64,000 bases of DNA from Methylocella sp. (GTDB taxonomy: Bacteria > Pseudomonadota > Alphaproteobacteria > Rhizobiales > Beijerinckiaceae), in contig DATJBL010000064.1 in NCBI GenBank assembly GCA_035515355.1, forward strand, positions 2,269 through 66,268, read 5' to 3'. Below, piece after piece: positions 50,030 through 59,252 of the stretch; the first letter of the stretch is position 1, and every line of letters begins with the position of its first letter. The position numbers and the translations under genes were made by a program. Below the pieces are notes generated by a model. It was not told the origin of the DNA. It saw nothing but the letters and a program-made list of their open reading frames with translations, and searched no databases.

Positions 50030-51550
50030 ATGGTCGACAAGATTTTGGCCGACATCGCCAGTCAGATTGCGATCAGGCCCCATTACGACAATTTTATCGG
50101 CGGCAAATGGGTCGCGGCGGTCAAGGGGCAGACCTTTGAGAATGTTTCGCCGATCGACGGCCATCGGGTTTGCACCATGGCTCGCTCCACTGCAGAAGAC
50201 GTCGAATTGGCGCTCGACGCCGCGCATGAAGCGCGGGAGGCCTGGGGACGGAGCTCTCCGGCGGAGCGGGCACAGACGCTTCTACGCATCGCGGATCGAA
50301 TGGAGCAGAAGCTCGATCTGCTCGCCTTGGTCGAGACGATCGACAATGGCAAGCCGATCCGCGAAACGAAGGCTGCTGATCTGCCGCTCGCGATCGATCA
50401 CTTCCGCTACTTTGCCGGGTGCATAAGGGCGCAGGAGGGAAGTCTCTCCGAGATTGACCATGATACGGTTGCTTATCACTTCCATGAGCCGCTGGGCGTT
50501 GTGGCACAGATCATCCCGTGGAATTTCCCGATCTTGATGGCGACATGGAAACTTGCACCTGCGCTCGCCGCTGGAAATTGCGTTGTTTTGAAACCCGCCG
50601 AACAGACGCCGATGAGCATCATGGTCCTCATGGACATGATCGGCGACCTCCTGCCGCCGGGCGTCGTGAATGTGATCAATGGCTTTGGAGTCGAGGCGGG
50701 CAAGCCGCTTGCCCAGAGCACACGGGTCGCCAAGGTGGCCTTCACCGGTGAGACGACGACCGGCCGTCTCATCATGCAATATGCCGCCGACAACATCATC
50801 CCGGTGACATTGGAACTCGGCGGCAAGTCGCCCAACATTTTCTTCGAGGATGTCGCGGCGAAAGACGATGATTTTCTCGACAAGGCGCTCGAGGGCTTTG
50901 CGATGTTCGCCTTCAACCAGGGCGAAGTCTGCACCTGCCCCTCGCGCGCGCTCGTTCACGAGAAAATCTACGACCGCTTCATGGAGCGGGCCATCGCCAG
51001 GGTCAAGGCGATGAAACAAGGCAATCCGCTTGACCCTTCAACCCAGGTTGGCGCCCAAGCCTCGAACGACCAGCTCGAAAAAATCCTTTCCTACCTCGAC
51101 ATTGGCCGCCAAGAAGGCGCCAAGGTTCTGACGGGAGGTGCACGTGCCGATGTGGGGCCGGAGCTTTCGGGCGGATTCTATGTTCAGCCGACCATTCTCG
51201 AAGGTCACAATAAAATGCGCATCTTCCAGGAGGAGATTTTCGGCCCCGTTCTTTCGGTGACGAAATTCAAGGATGATGACGAGGCCATCGCCCTTGCCAA
51301 TGATACGCTTTACGGGCTTGGCGCCGGGATCTGGACTCGTGATGGCACCCGCGCCTATTGGGCGGGCCGCGCCATCAAGGCAGGGCGCGTGTGGACCAAC
51401 TGCTACCATCTCTATCCGGCGCATGCGGCGTTTGGCGGCTATAAGCAATCAGGGATCGGCCGCGAGAACCATAAGATGATGCTCGACCATTATCAGCAGA
51501 CCAAGAATCTTCTCGTCAGCTACAGCCCCAAAGCGCTTGGGTTCTTCTGA
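50030..51550 (+). CDS. NAD-dependent aldehyde dehydrogenase (acetaldehyde dehydrogenase AcoD/ExaC-like)
   Basis: SD AGGGAGG precedes ATG 50030. 506 aa with ELGGKSP and the catalytic-Cys region [11 protein letters not shown]. Followed by DUF779, as is typical. Confidence 0.92.
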   Translation: MVDKILADIASQIAIRPHYDNFIGGKWVAAVKGQTFENVSPIDGHRVCTMARSTAEDVELALDAAHEAREAWGRSSPAERAQTLLRIADRMEQKLDLLALVETIDNGKPIRETKAADLPLAIDHFRYFAGCIRAQEGSLSEIDHDTVAYHFHEPLGVVAQIIPWNFPILMATWKLAPALAAGNCVVLKPAEQTPMSIMVLMDMIGDLLPPGVVNVINGFGVEAGKPLAQSTRVAKVAFTGETTTGRLIMQYAADNIIPVTLELGGKSPNIFFEDVAAKDDDFLDKALEGFAMFAFNQGEVCTCPSRALVHEKIYDRFMERAIARVKAMKQGNPLDPSTQVGAQASNDQLEKILSYLDIGRQEGAKVLTGGARADVGPELSGGFYVQPTILEGHNKMRIFQEEIFGPVLSVTKFKDDDEAIALANDTLYGLGAGIWTRDGTRAYWAGRAIKAGRVWTNCYHLYPAHAAFGGYKQSGIGRENHKMMLDHYQQTKNLLVSYSPKALGFF

Positions 51551-51610
51551 GCATTTTTCCTGCGCGGGCGCCATGTCCGCGCAGTTTCCAGACCGGACCG
51601 GAGTTTGCGG

Positions 51611-51991
51611 ATGGTGGATCGTGTCGTCGCAACTGAAAAGGCGGAAGAACTCATCGCGCGTCTCAAAGAGCAACATGGAGCGCTTCTTTTCCACCAGTCG
51701 GGGGGCTGTTGCGATGGCAGCTCACCGATGTGTTTCCCCGAGGTCGAGTTCCGCACCGGACCGAGCGACGTGCTCCTTGGCGAGATCGGGGGCTGCCCCT
51801 TTTATATTGGAGCTGCCCAATTCGAATATTGGGCCCATACGCAACTTATTATCGATGTTGTTCCAGGCCGGGGTTCGGGCTTTTCGCTTGAGGCGCCTGA
51901 GGGGTTGAGATTTCTAACGCGGGGGCGGGTATTCAGCGAATCGGAAGTGGCTTCTCTCAAGGAGGCACCCGCATTGTTCGGGAGGCCCTGA
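51611..51991 (+). CDS. DUF779 domain-containing protein
   Basis: MVDRVVATEKAEELIARLKEQHGALLFHQSGGCCDGSSPMC ..., the characteristic DUF779 sequence, in the conserved position after aldehyde dehydrogenase. Confidence 0.85.
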   Translation: MVDRVVATEKAEELIARLKEQHGALLFHQSGGCCDGSSPMCFPEVEFRTGPSDVLLGEIGGCPFYIGAAQFEYWAHTQLIIDVVPGRGSGFSLEAPEGLRFLTRGRVFSESEVASLKEAPALFGRP

Positions 51992-52110
51992 GTCCTCAAC
52001 CCCCCCTACAGGCGCAAGGGTGTCTTTTAAGCCTCTACACGCCTATCGCGAATCCCGCTTGACCTGCACGCTGAGATAAGTCTTCCCCTTCGAGCGTTCT
52101 ACAATCCAGG

Positions 52111-52144
52111 AAAAAAACCCGACAGGGCGGGGTTTCACCCTTTT
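52111..52144. terminator. hairpin flanked by an A7 tract and T-rich sequence (possible bidirectional terminator)
   Basis: aaaaaaaCCCGacagggCGGGGtttcaccctttt. On the minus strand the stem is followed directly by TTTTTTT. On the plus strand it lies about 120 nt after the DUF779 gene. Confidence 0.4.
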
Positions 52145-52389
52145 GTCTGATGCGCTTAATCAACCATGATGCAAAACTGAAACCTAAATCAGAAACGGTT
52201 CACGGCTGAGCTGCAGCTTGACTTTAATTTTGTGTCGGTAATGTTGCGATCAAATTCGCAAACATTTTGATATCGTTTTTTAGATCGTCCTTTTCTGTGT
52301 GTTTTGTCGCACAATTTCATTCAGAAAATCTGCAACACTCCCGCGCATGCCCCAGGGCTCAACCCCTGTGACAGAGGAATGATCCGGCC

Positions 52390-52584
52390 ATGATTGACCT
52401 CGACGTAAAGATGCCTTCCGAGCGTTTCATCGAAACTATTCAAAAACAGATTGCTCAGCTCGAGGCGTTAGAGACCACAGGCACCGCCACATTGGACACT
52501 TACGAGGTGCTTGCAAATCTCCATGAGCTCCTGGATAAGCTTTATACGATGTTCCTGGAAGTTTCCCGCGAGACGTTCCATTGA
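52390..52584 (+). CDS. hypothetical small helical protein
   Basis: 64-aa ORF with SD AGAGGA upstream in an AT-richer region. No family recognised. An antisense ORF of similar size exists, so coding status is uncertain. Confidence 0.35.
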   Translation: MIDLDVKMPSERFIETIQKQIAQLEALETTGTATLDTYEVLANLHELLDKLYTMFLEVSRETFH

Positions 52585-52882
52585 CGCGACGGTTTTCAGA
52601 CGAACGCGGCAGAAATTCGCAAACGCCTCAAGAGGGCTTGCCCTTAGGGCCCATGAGGCGGGCTCCGGGTGGGTCAAGAACAGGCTCGAACAACGCCGGT
52701 GTTCGCCTGACGGGTTAATGCGACTTGGAAACAGGAAGCTGTCCCGCGCGGTTGCATTCGGAGCATGAAAATGGGGGATTGGCTCCCGTCAGCAAATCGC
52801 TCTTGAGCCTCGTCACACTTCCTCAATTAGCGACATGGACTGCTGGATCCATCAGTGCAGGAGCGAGCACAGCGAGTCGTGT

Positions 52883-53239
52883 TCACCCTCTGCTGCTTTC
52901 ATCGTTCTCGAATAACTCCCCAAACAACTCGCGCACTTTGGCCTTGGCGGATAAGAGCGCTTTACGTCCTGCCGCCGTCCCCCGATAGACCCGGCGCTCG
53001 CTGCTGCCAACTCGCTTCTTTGCCGAAGTGAGCAAGCCTTTTTCCTCAAGACTGTGAAGAATTGGATAAAGAGTGCCCGCGCTTAGCTCATAGCCGTGGC
53101 GGCGGAGCTCTTCAATCATGGCAAGGCCGTAGACCTCATCCTTCACCGCGTGGTGCAACACGTGAAGGCGAATGAGGCCAGTATAGAGGATGCGATAGTC
53201 AACTTCTGGCGACTTTACGGCAGTGCGCTTTTGGTCCAC
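52883..53239 (-). CDS. PadR family transcriptional regulator
   Basis: Winged-helix core YGLAMIEELRRHGYELSAGTLYPILHSLEEKGLL ... RRVYRGTAAGRKAL is the PadR signature. Confidence 0.9.
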   Translation of the reverse strand: MDQKRTAVKSPEVDYRILYTGLIRLHVLHHAVKDEVYGLAMIEELRRHGYELSAGTLYPILHSLEEKGLLTSAKKRVGSSERRVYRGTAAGRKALLSAKAKVRELFGELFENDESSRG

Positions 53240-53458
53240 TTCGCTCTCCGTTAGGTTCTCTATGCCGCGGATCTGGGGGACTCCCTGGCCGCGCGCAGCG
53301 GCGACGCCCCTTTTGACCGAGCGCCGCCAACAGGTTCATCTGCGCCTGATTGGAACTGATAACCGCTGTGGCGTAGTGAAGGCGCGCCCGGTCGGCAATA
53401 TCCTCAGCCAGGAGTGCGTCGATCACAAGCCCCGTGCCCGCTTTCGGGTTGCCTCACC

Positions 53459-54616
53459 TCAGCGGTCATGGGAACTTTCGCCGGCGACCCAGGTGGCGAG
53501 GACTTCAAGATCTCCGGGACGGAACGCGACAATATCGGCGCGGTATCCTGGAGCGAGCCGGCCAAGAAAATGCCCGAGGCCCAAGAAGTTCGCGGGCTCA
53601 CTCGAGGCGATGGCCAATGCCTGTTCCAATGGCAGACCCAAAAGCTGAATGCAGTTGCGCACCGCGGCTGCCATATTGATTGCCGAACCGGCCAGCGCTC
53701 CCTGCGCTGTCGAGCACCGGCCATCACGGACCGTGATCTTTTGTCCTTGGAGGAAAAATTCCTGTTTGCAACCGCCGACTGGCGGCATCGAATCCGTCAC
53801 GAGCATAGGATGGCCGGTGCCGCCGCGTATTGCGAGCCGAAGCATCGCCGGGGCGACATGTTCGCCATCGACGATCATTCCGTAGAATGCGTTCGGCGAT
53901 TCGAGCGCAGCCGCGATCGGCCCAGGCTCGCGGCTGGAAAGCGGCCGCATCGCGTTGAAGAGATGCGTAAAGCCGGTGAGTCCTTCCGCCATGGCAGCTC
54001 GGGTTTGCAGATAGGTGGCCATGGAATGGCCGAGTGAAACTTTGACCCCCGCGGTGACGAGCTCCGCAATAAAGCCCTGCGGCGTCTCCTCGGGAGCCAG
54101 GGTGACCAGCGACACGCCGTCCCGAAGCCGGGTGAGCATTTGGCGGTGGCGGGGTTCGGGGCGGCGACACAAGTCCGGGCGATGCACCCCGGATTTTTCG
54201 GGCGACAGAAAGGGGCCTTCGAAATGAATCCCAAGCACCCCCGGCTCGCGGGCTATCATCCTCTCGATGGCGCTCAAGGAAGCCGCCATTACTTCGTCGG
54301 TGTCGGTGATCAACGTCGGCAGGAGCGCCGTCGTGCCGAACTTGCGGTGGGCACGGACAATCTTCGAGATGCCTTCTGGCGTCGGATCGGCATTGAATAA
54401 AACGTCGCCTCCACCGTTGACTTGAACATCAATGAAGCCAGGCGCCAGCCATGCACCGGGAGGCAATTTGAATGTTTCACCAAACGCAGACATTTGGCTG
54501 CGCGGCATGAGCGCCCCGATTCGGGACCCTTCGATCACTACGACGCTGTCGCGGTGGGTCACCGCACCATCGAAGATGAAGTCCGCGGCAATCGCGTGTC
54601 GATCACAGCCGCTCAT
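53459..54616 (-). CDS. nagA: N-acetylglucosamine-6-phosphate deacetylase
   Basis: GFIDVQVNGGGDVLFN, HFEGPFLSPEK and HLFNAM motifs. ATG 54616 overlaps the stop of the upstream SIS gene (ATGA). Confidence 0.9.
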   Translation of the reverse strand: MSGCDRHAIAADFIFDGAVTHRDSVVVIEGSRIGALMPRSQMSAFGETFKLPPGAWLAPGFIDVQVNGGGDVLFNADPTPEGISKIVRAHRKFGTTALLPTLITDTDEVMAASLSAIERMIAREPGVLGIHFEGPFLSPEKSGVHRPDLCRRPEPRHRQMLTRLRDGVSLVTLAPEETPQGFIAELVTAGVKVSLGHSMATYLQTRAAMAEGLTGFTHLFNAMRPLSSREPGPIAAALESPNAFYGMIVDGEHVAPAMLRLAIRGGTGHPMLVTDSMPPVGGCKQEFFLQGQKITVRDGRCSTAQGALAGSAINMAAAVRNCIQLLGLPLEQALAIASSEPANFLGLGHFLGRLAPGYRADIVAFRPGDLEVLATWVAGESSHDR

Positions 54617-55671
54617 CGCGTATGTGTAATTTTCTGCAAGTGACGGGGCTGATCTGCGTCCGTTCCTCGCGCAGCAGATAGACGCACGACCATGGCATAG
54701 AAGCTTTGGATGAGACAAATCGGATCGGTTTCGGGATGATCGGGGGGAAGCGCCGCGAGCCTATTTGGCGTCGTATCATCCATGTCGGTGGTAAACACAG
54801 CTGCTTCCATTTTCCTCAGGTCGTCGGCCAGTTGCCTCATGCTCGTGCTCGCGGCATCGGTCGGCATGAACATCAGAATTGGATAACCTGAAGACACCAG
54901 GGAGATAGGCCCATGTTGGAACTCGGCGCCACTAAAAGCTTCTGCATGGAGATTGGACGTTTCCTTCAATTTCAGCGCCGCCTCTCGCGCAATAGCCAGC
55001 GTCGGGCCTCGCCCAATCGTAACGAGGCTCTCCGCTCCGCTGATATGCTCCACCAGATGGCTCCAATCCAGTTTGCAGGAGGCCGCAAGGCGCTCCGGCA
55101 ATCTTTGCAACGCTGCAGCGAACGCCTCATCCTCGGCCCACAATGCTGTCAGATGCGCCAGAGCCGAAAGCGATGCAATGAAAGTTTTCGTCGCGGGCAC
55201 ACTGAGCTCGGGCCCGGCCGCCATTGGCAAGATAAATTCACAGTTTTGCGCGAGCTCGCTGCCAGTGTCGTTCGTGATGCACGCTGTCACCGCGCCGCAA
55301 GCGCGGGCCGCTGCAGCCTGCTCGATCAGATCGCCACTCATTCCGGATTGCGAAATTGCCAAGAATAGTTGGTCGGCCAAGCACAGCCGCTTTCGGTAAA
55401 CGCTCGCGATGTTCGGTGCCGCTGCCGCGACCGGAATGCCAAGATACCGCTCGATCAAATGCTTCCCGAAGGTCGCCGCATGCGCGGAACTGCCGCGCGC
55501 GCAAGTCACGACCACCTGTGGTGGCTTGTGCCTCAGTCGCGCGACCAATGGAGTCAGATTGGGCGGAAGAATCTGCTCCTGCCGCTTCACGGCTTCTGGA
55601 GCCGCTTTCAATTCGGCACTCATTTGGACGTCGAGCATCATCATCGGATGCTTTACTGTCTGCTGCGTCAC
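54613..55671 (-). CDS. SIS-domain sugar-phosphate isomerase/deaminase (GlmS-C-terminal-like, NagB-II type)
   Basis: Two SIS domains (VVTCARGSSAHAATF ... AISQSGMSGDL ...; TIGRGPTLAIAREAALKLKET ... AEAFSGAEFQHGP). Translationally coupled to nagA. The start is uncertain (several in-frame ATG/GTG codons at 55621-55671). Confidence 0.8.
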   Translation of the reverse strand: MTQQTVKHPMMMLDVQMSAELKAAPEAVKRQEQILPPNLTPLVARLRHKPPQVVVTCARGSSAHAATFGKHLIERYLGIPVAAAAPNIASVYRKRLCLADQLFLAISQSGMSGDLIEQAAAARACGAVTACITNDTGSELAQNCEFILPMAAGPELSVPATKTFIASLSALAHLTALWAEDEAFAAALQRLPERLAASCKLDWSHLVEHISGAESLVTIGRGPTLAIAREAALKLKETSNLHAEAFSGAEFQHGPISLVSSGYPILMFMPTDAASTSMRQLADDLRKMEAAVFTTDMDDTTPNRLAALPPDHPETDPICLIQSFYAMVVRLSAARGTDADQPRHLQKITHTR

Positions 55672-55846
55672 GCCACGTCAATCATCTCACAAAGGTGTGG
55701 GTGAGGCGAGCGGCAAATGCACTGCCGTCGTGTGAGGGCGAAGGACACTCCTGGTTGCGCTTCTATTTGTAATCAGGAGAACCCAACTGGATCGAATGCG
55801 TTTCGCTCTAGCGACGCGTTCGAAAATGACCGCTCAGAGGCTCCTC

Positions 55847-56809
55847 ATGGAAACGGAACGCCCAAGCCCCCGCTATTCCAGGATCGATCTTTGGGAACCA
55901 TCGGAGATCCTGGAAGCGATGATCGAGGGGCAATTTTCAGCCGTCGCTGCCGTGCGAGCCGCACGCCCGGCGATTGAGCGGGCGGCAGTCGCGATCGTGC
56001 GCCGATTAAGCGGCCCCGGACGACTCATTTATGTGGGAGCTGGAACGTCCGGCCGTTTGGCCGTCCAGGACGGGGCGGAACTGATGCCGACGTTTAGCTG
56101 GCCCCAGGACCGACTTTTGCTTCTGGTGGCCGGTGGGAAAGATGCTCTTCTACGAGCGGTCGAAGGCGCCGAGGATCAGGTTGGGCGCGCCGTCGAACTG
56201 GTGCGTCAGCATGGCGTGAACGCGGCTGATGTCATGATTGCGGTAGCGGCGAGCGGGACGACGCCATTTACGGTGGCGTGCTTGCGCGAAGCAAAACGAG
56301 CAGGCGCTCTTACGATCGGCCTTGCGAACAATCGAGAGACCCCGCTTCTGCAGGAAGCCGATCATTCAATCTTCCTCGATACGGGCCCGGAGCCGATCGC
56401 CGGTTCGACTCGGATGAAAGCCGGAACGGCCCAGCGGACTGCCCTGATCTTGCTCTCCTCGCTCGTCATGATTCTCTTCGGCCGGGTCTATGAGGGCCTG
56501 ATGGTGGACGTGCAGGCCTCCAACAAGAAGCTGATCCAAAGAAGTGAAAAGATATTATCGCGGTTGAGCGGCCGCAGCAGCGAGGAAATCTACGACGCTT
56601 TGCACCGAGCCGGAGGGAGCGTCAAGCTCGCCTTTCTCCTTCTGCAAGGTTTTAGCTTGAACGAGGCTGAGACTGCTCTCGATCGCACCCACGGTCACCT
56701 CCGCCGAGCAATGAGTTTGATCGCCGATCTTCGGTCCCCGGCTCCTGATCGCGGCGACACACGTCATGCTGCGAGCGCCGGCTCCGGGGAGCGCGGCACC
56801 CCCGAATAG
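55847..56809 (+). CDS. murQ: N-acetylmuramic acid 6-phosphate etherase
   Basis: METERPSPRYSRIDLW ... YVGAGTSGRLAVQDGAEL ... VAASGTTPF ... GSTRMKAGTAQ. SD AGAGG lies 6 nt before ATG 55847; the ORF is open from 55796. Confidence 0.88.
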   Translation: METERPSPRYSRIDLWEPSEILEAMIEGQFSAVAAVRAARPAIERAAVAIVRRLSGPGRLIYVGAGTSGRLAVQDGAELMPTFSWPQDRLLLLVAGGKDALLRAVEGAEDQVGRAVELVRQHGVNAADVMIAVAASGTTPFTVACLREAKRAGALTIGLANNRETPLLQEADHSIFLDTGPEPIAGSTRMKAGTAQRTALILLSSLVMILFGRVYEGLMVDVQASNKKLIQRSEKILSRLSGRSSEEIYDALHRAGGSVKLAFLLLQGFSLNEAETALDRTHGHLRRAMSLIADLRSPAPDRGDTRHAASAGSGERGTPE

Positions 56810-57477
56810 AAGCAGAAGTGCGATCGTGTCTTGATCTTGGCTAGTGCGGCGACGCTGACTGCAAGCGTCGAGGGGTGGATGATGTGCTCGTCATCTCGTA
56901 CTGGAGCGGCAGAACGAGTGAACATATCAAATCCAGAATTGACGCGCTCCAATGTCCGCTGACGAGGACAGGGAAACTCTTTGGGACCTCACAGACGGCG
57001 GAATTCTTTTCGCCTGACCCGCCTTGGGACTGCACCACAAACTTTAGCGAGGTTATCTTTTATGTTGTGCATCTAATCTTTTCTGACATTATTATGGAAA
57101 GAGTAGGTGCGCATGGCGGCGCGCGCCTGCCAAAGCGCCCCTTAAGAGGCGTTGACCCGCGAGCGGCTTATAGGGTCGCCGGACTTGTCCAAAGCGAGGC
57201 CCCCCAGTCTGGTTTTCAGGTCCCGGGCCGAGGGGCTTTGCTTGGACTTCGTGTTGCCCCCTTTCAACCGCTAACGGCGTTGGTCCTCCTCGGCGGCAAG
57301 CTACTGTCTTAGTTAAGTATTGACACTGGCTCCGCGTCTGATCGTTTTGACCTGGGCTTGTCCCCGCTCTCGCGCTCTGCCAGTCGGCCGTACCGTCGCC
57401 ACCAATTTTTGCTCTGAAACTCGGAACGAGCGCGGTCTAATTTTGTTGAACTGGAGGCCAAGTTAGGGGGTTATCCT

Positions 57478-57615
57478 ATGTCGATCAGCACCATCGTCAT
57501 GATTACCGCACTCATCGCTGCGATCACCGTCCTTCTCATCGGTCTCCGCCCGCCGCCATTGTACGGCCCCCCGGAGAAGGATGACGAGGCGGATAGTCAC
57601 AAACCTACCCACTAG
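57478..57615 (+). CDS. possible 45-aa single-pass membrane peptide
   Basis: Not in the ORF track. SD TAGGGGG lies 7 nt before the ATG. MSISTIVMITALIAAITVLLIGLRPPPLYGPPEKDDEADSHKPTH has a hydrophobic helix followed by a charged tail. No homology known to me. Confidence 0.3.
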   Translation: MSISTIVMITALIAAITVLLIGLRPPPLYGPPEKDDEADSHKPTH

Positions 57616-57828
57616 TGAACTAAAGTTCCGGGCGGCTCTTTCCGTATTCGGTTCCTGGTTTGCGGCCGCCCAGTGGAACCTGACCTGTGGCGGCGGTGAG
57701 CGTTCGCCGGGTGCGAACGTGAGCTTGTTTATTGGGACGTTTTGCCTTGCTTTCGGCGAGGCCGCAGCTTTCTGGACTTGTGCTCCCTTTTTCAGATCGG
57801 TGCCGTCACGGATAGTGCTGGCTATCAG

Positions 57829-58176
57829 CTAAGCGATGAAGGCGTTTGCGAAGAAACTAGTTGCACTGCATAGAAATACGCGCGTCACCATCCGGCAGAG
57901 GGTGCCTGCGAGCGCAAGCAGCTTTTGCCCGGTCCCATTCTTCTGTCCCTCCGGTCCTAGTTCGCATCGCCAAAGCATTTTCTCTGGGTCACATTCATCG
58001 ATCACAAGTGCGATCCCATTCTCCGGCCCATGGGTGAGGAGCCGTTCGAGCACTTCTATTCTTTGTTTATCGCCGGGTATTCCCGCGCCGAGTCTCACCA
58101 TCTCTTTCAGTTCGGCAAGTTCTCGCCGCAGCCGTCTCGTATCCTTGGCGACGCTGATGGTCTCAAGTCCATTCAT
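57829..58176 (-). CDS. hypothetical protein, divergent from the RiPP precursor gene
   Basis: SD GGAGGTG lies 4 nt before ATG 58176 (MNGLETISVAKDTRRLRRELAELKEMV ...). 115 aa. No family recognised. Confidence 0.45.
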   Translation of the reverse strand: MNGLETISVAKDTRRLRRELAELKEMVRLGAGIPGDKQRIEVLERLLTHGPENGIALVIDECDPEKMLWRCELGPEGQKNGTGQKLLALAGTLCRMVTRVFLCSATSFFANAFIA

Positions 58177-58651
58177 GGCCACCTCCACTCCCTCGCGAGC
58201 TTCGAAGCCTGCGTCGGGTAAAATTACCGCCGCTCTCGCGGCAAGCCAGGGCGCCAGCCTGAATTTGGTTGACTATTATTAGTTTTCAATGCAATAACGT
58301 CCTACAATATATTATTAATCATTTACGCGGAGAGAATGCGCTAGACCCATTTGAGTTATGGCAATCAAACAGCGCATCCGCCTCGTTGTGGCGGCAGACG
58401 GCGACCGCGACGATGATGGTTGAATATAGGTCGCGTACTGGAAGGTTTAAGCTATAAGCTGGTGACATGCCGTGGCGTCAACAACCTAGCGGGCATCCCC
58501 AGCAGGCTGAAAATAACTCGATTTGCGAGGGAGGCGGTCACCCATCGGCCGTGCTTGGTGCTGGTGCTGTTCAAAGCATACGAAAAGTGTTACCGATATA
58601 GTCCGGTTGGTCGCGCATTTGTTCGATGGAAGCTAGAGGAGGAACTCTGCT

Positions 58652-59152
58652 ATGTCGCAAACGAAGCGTGCTTCGCAGGGGAAGCGTCCAAGTAAAGCTG
58701 CATCCGTGCTGGGAATGGCCGGGGCTTCTCTGGCAGCATCGACCAGCGGATCAATAGCCGATTTGTCGGTGACGGATATACCGTCGCAGAACACGGTACC
58801 GTTTCAGGTTATTCTCGGCGAAGAGGAAATTTCCGACGTCAGCCTGGCGACGTTCCATGTCTTCGACAAGGAAGACCTCGGAGCACTGGGGTCAGGGATA
58901 CAACTTGCTGCTCGAGGAGGCTGTGGCTGCGGCGGGCATGGCTGTGGCGGCTGCGGACACGGCTGTGGCGGCTGCGGACACGGCGGCTGGGGCGGTAGAG
59001 GCTGCTTTGCACACGGCTGCGGACGCGGCTGCGGTAGAGGCGGTTTTGGTAGAGGCTGCGGCTGTGGCTGGGGAGGCTGCGGCGGCTGCGGCTGGGGGTA
59101 TGGCTGGGGCGGCTGCTGCTTGTCATGGGGAGGTTGTTCCCCCTGGTGTTAG
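58652..59152 (+). CDS. Cys/Gly-rich RiPP precursor peptide (TOMM / linear azole-containing peptide type)
   Basis: Strong SD GAGGAGGA lies 9 nt before the ATG. The 166 aa comprise a 90-aa leader-like region and a 76-aa C-terminus with 17 Cys and about 50% Gly (CGCGGHGCGGCGHGCGGCGH ... GGCCLSWGGCSPWC). It sits immediately upstream of the cyclodehydratase and dehydrogenase genes. Confidence 0.8.
   Translation: MSQTKRASQGKRPSKAASVLGMAGASLAASTSGSIADLSVTDIPSQNTVPFQVILGEEEISDVSLATFHVFDKEDLGALGSGIQLAARGGCGCGGHGCGGCGHGCGGCGHGGWGGRGCFAHGCGRGCGRGGFGRGCGCGWGGCGGCGWGYGWGGCCLSWGGCSPWC
58940..58981 (+). repeat. exact 21-nt tandem duplication inside the precursor core (encodes GCGGCGH x2)
   Basis: ggctgtggcggctgcggacac at 58940-58960 is repeated exactly at 58961-58981. 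The surrounding sequence is a degenerate GGC/TGC/GGN periodic tract. Confidence 0.9.
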
Positions 59153-59252
59153 CCGAGCGGGGGCGATCAGTTTCGGCCCTGCGAATGGCGTCTTGTTTGC
59201 AGTGGTGCGCAGGTGATGCGCCCTTCAGGCGTGCACATGGCGGCCGAGTGAA

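Noticed and set aside
52140-52385. Possible small RNA on the minus strand ending at the A7/T7-flanked hairpin (52111-52144)
   Set aside because: Only the terminator-like hairpin is visible, and it could equally terminate the plus-strand aldehyde dehydrogenase / DUF779 transcript. I identified no promoter or conserved structure. RNA-seq would be needed.
53199-53426. 75-aa minus-strand ORF ([39 protein letters not shown]) vaguely resembling the C-terminal helix of TolC/NodT-type outer-membrane factors, possibly a gene remnant
   Set aside because: The similarity is short and impressionistic. The ORF overlaps the PadR start and lacks an SD. I cannot support a pseudogene call without a search (tblastn/blastx of 53240-53460).
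56875-57312. 145-aa ORF in the AT-richer spacer after murQ, and the 83-aa ORF at 57581..57832
   Set aside because: No SD, odd composition and no family resemblance. They may be non-coding island or junction DNA, so I left them unannotated.
58839-59216. Alternative-frame ORFs over the Cys/Gly-rich tract (95 aa minus strand; 119-aa Ala-rich plus strand)
   Set aside because: They are products of the GGC/TGC/GCG periodic DNA. Only the 58652 frame has a strong SD and a sensible leader-plus-core architecture next to the modifying enzymes.
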